A DNA stretch of 63,818 nucleotides, counting the filler, from Reticulomyxa filosa (lineage: Eukaryota; Protista; Foraminifera): assembly GCA_000512085.1 (NCBI GenBank). It is 22 parts of 22 records of this genome, joined end to end, with 100 filler letters (N's around TTAATTAATTAA, not from the genome) between each part and the next. Parts side by side here need not be neighbours in the genome. Positions count along the whole stretch, not along the records: positions 62,181 to 63,818 come from ASPP01020279.1; 21 more parts are not named here. One strand, 5' to 3'. The position numbers and the translations under genes are program-made. Of this stretch, positions 62,900 to 63,818 are shown piece by piece. The notes beneath the pieces were generated by a model, which worked only from the letters and a program-made list of their open reading frames with translations, was not told the origin of the DNA and did not search any database. How positions within the stretch are numbered: position 1 is the stretch's first letter; every line of letters starts with the position of its first letter.

Positions 62900-63068
62900 T
62901 TAAATATTCGAAATAATTACGAAAGATTTAATGAAAAACCAAATCAAACAATATTTGGAAACAACACGATTTGGAAATATTTTTTAATGGAAAAAAATTA
63001 TGTTTAAAAGCTGTTCTTTCATTGAAAAAAGCGATCATCTATATAAGTTGACGTTTTAGATTCTTTCA
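62900..63068. mobile_element. Diverged Tc1-family TIR fragment
   Basis: Resembles 52260-52410 (GAAAGATTT..AAAAAC.AAAT, ACACGATTTG, ATCATCT.TATAAG). Confidence 0.55.
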
Positions 63069-63304
63069 AAAACGATAGCGTAACTCCACAGGAAAACAAG
63101 AAACACAAAATAAATAAGACTGATTCTCATTTACCTATAACTTCCAAAATCACTGATATATAAGCATAAAAAGGTTTAAAAACAAAAGTACTTGCATTAT
63201 TTTGCAATTCTTCTTTCAATTAAACGCCTTCTTTTTTTTACAGCCTCCACAGGAAAGAAAAAAAGCAAAAATGAAAGGCGCAAGAAAATAAAAACTTTTG
63301 CACT

Positions 63305-63818
63305 ATGTTTCTACTAACTTTACTGATGCGGTTACTCATCTTCTTGGTCCTGATTGTGCACATACAAAGCCTGACACAATTGGAAAGTTCTTTGTCTGAT
63401 CCATGCGACGGCACAATTGACTGGAATTGGAAGAGCAACAAAGCAAAAGCTGATAATATTTGTTATCACGGACCGTTTCGTGAACAACCAGACTATATAA
63501 CAGCACAATTTCAAGTTGAAAAGAAAAGCGTGGTGGTCGTGAGCTTGACCGTTTGGCTTCTTTGTTGTTAAGTAGTTTTTACGTGCGTTGTTGTTCAGTG
63601 TTGGGATCGTTTTGGAAACAGTTCTTAATGCGTATTAAAAAAACCACTTTTTTTATTTTTGTGTTATTTTCATTGTTGATATGTTATACAAAATGCAAAG
63701 CGACCAACATTTCGATATTGGTCGGGTTAAATATTTCCAATTCAATTACTTTTCGGACTTATTCGAGCATCTCTTCTTCATGTCTGCCATCGGGAGGAAC
63801 AAACATCTGGAAAGGGGG
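63305..63818 (+). CDS. Hypothetical secreted protein, multi-exon, 3'-partial
   Basis: Signal-peptide-like MRLLIFLVLIVHIQS followed by a polar region and short exons. Confidence 0.45.

Overview
This window is not contiguous. It is 22 short contigs joined by 21 artificial N44-TTAATTAATTAA-N44 linkers. Twenty-one contigs come from an AT-rich, intron-containing protist. The expanded Kelch-like and RING-like gene families and the microsatellite-filled introns resemble the foraminiferan Reticulomyxa filosa (inference). One contig (28743-31393) is GC-rich, intronless betaproteobacterial DNA carrying a YdgA/DUF945 gene and a DesA-type desaturase. Recognisable eukaryotic genes: EML, a TXNDC15/APRL-like thioredoxin protein, MAPEG/MGST3, a DENN protein, a tail-anchored PDZ protein, MEMO1, ITPK1, a histidine phosphatase, quinone oxidoreductase, SAM and C2 proteins, uS17m, a PfkB kinase, TyrRS, a CUE protein, an AADAT-like aminotransferase and LTA4H. 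Signals absent from the ORF track: (1) a long-TIR Tc1/mariner family, with one TA-flanked copy holding a DDE remnant, a foldback derivative and several TIR fragments; (2) a probable solo LTR nested in one TIR; (3) a decayed LINE family with zinc-knuckle ORF1, APE and RT remnants and a possibly structured 5' leader; (4) introns with U-rich 5' parts and A-rich acceptors, the reverse of the usual polypyrimidine arrangement; (5) many tight head-to-head gene pairs. No rRNA, tRNA or CRISPR array was recognised. All calls were made by eye, and multi-exon boundaries are approximate.
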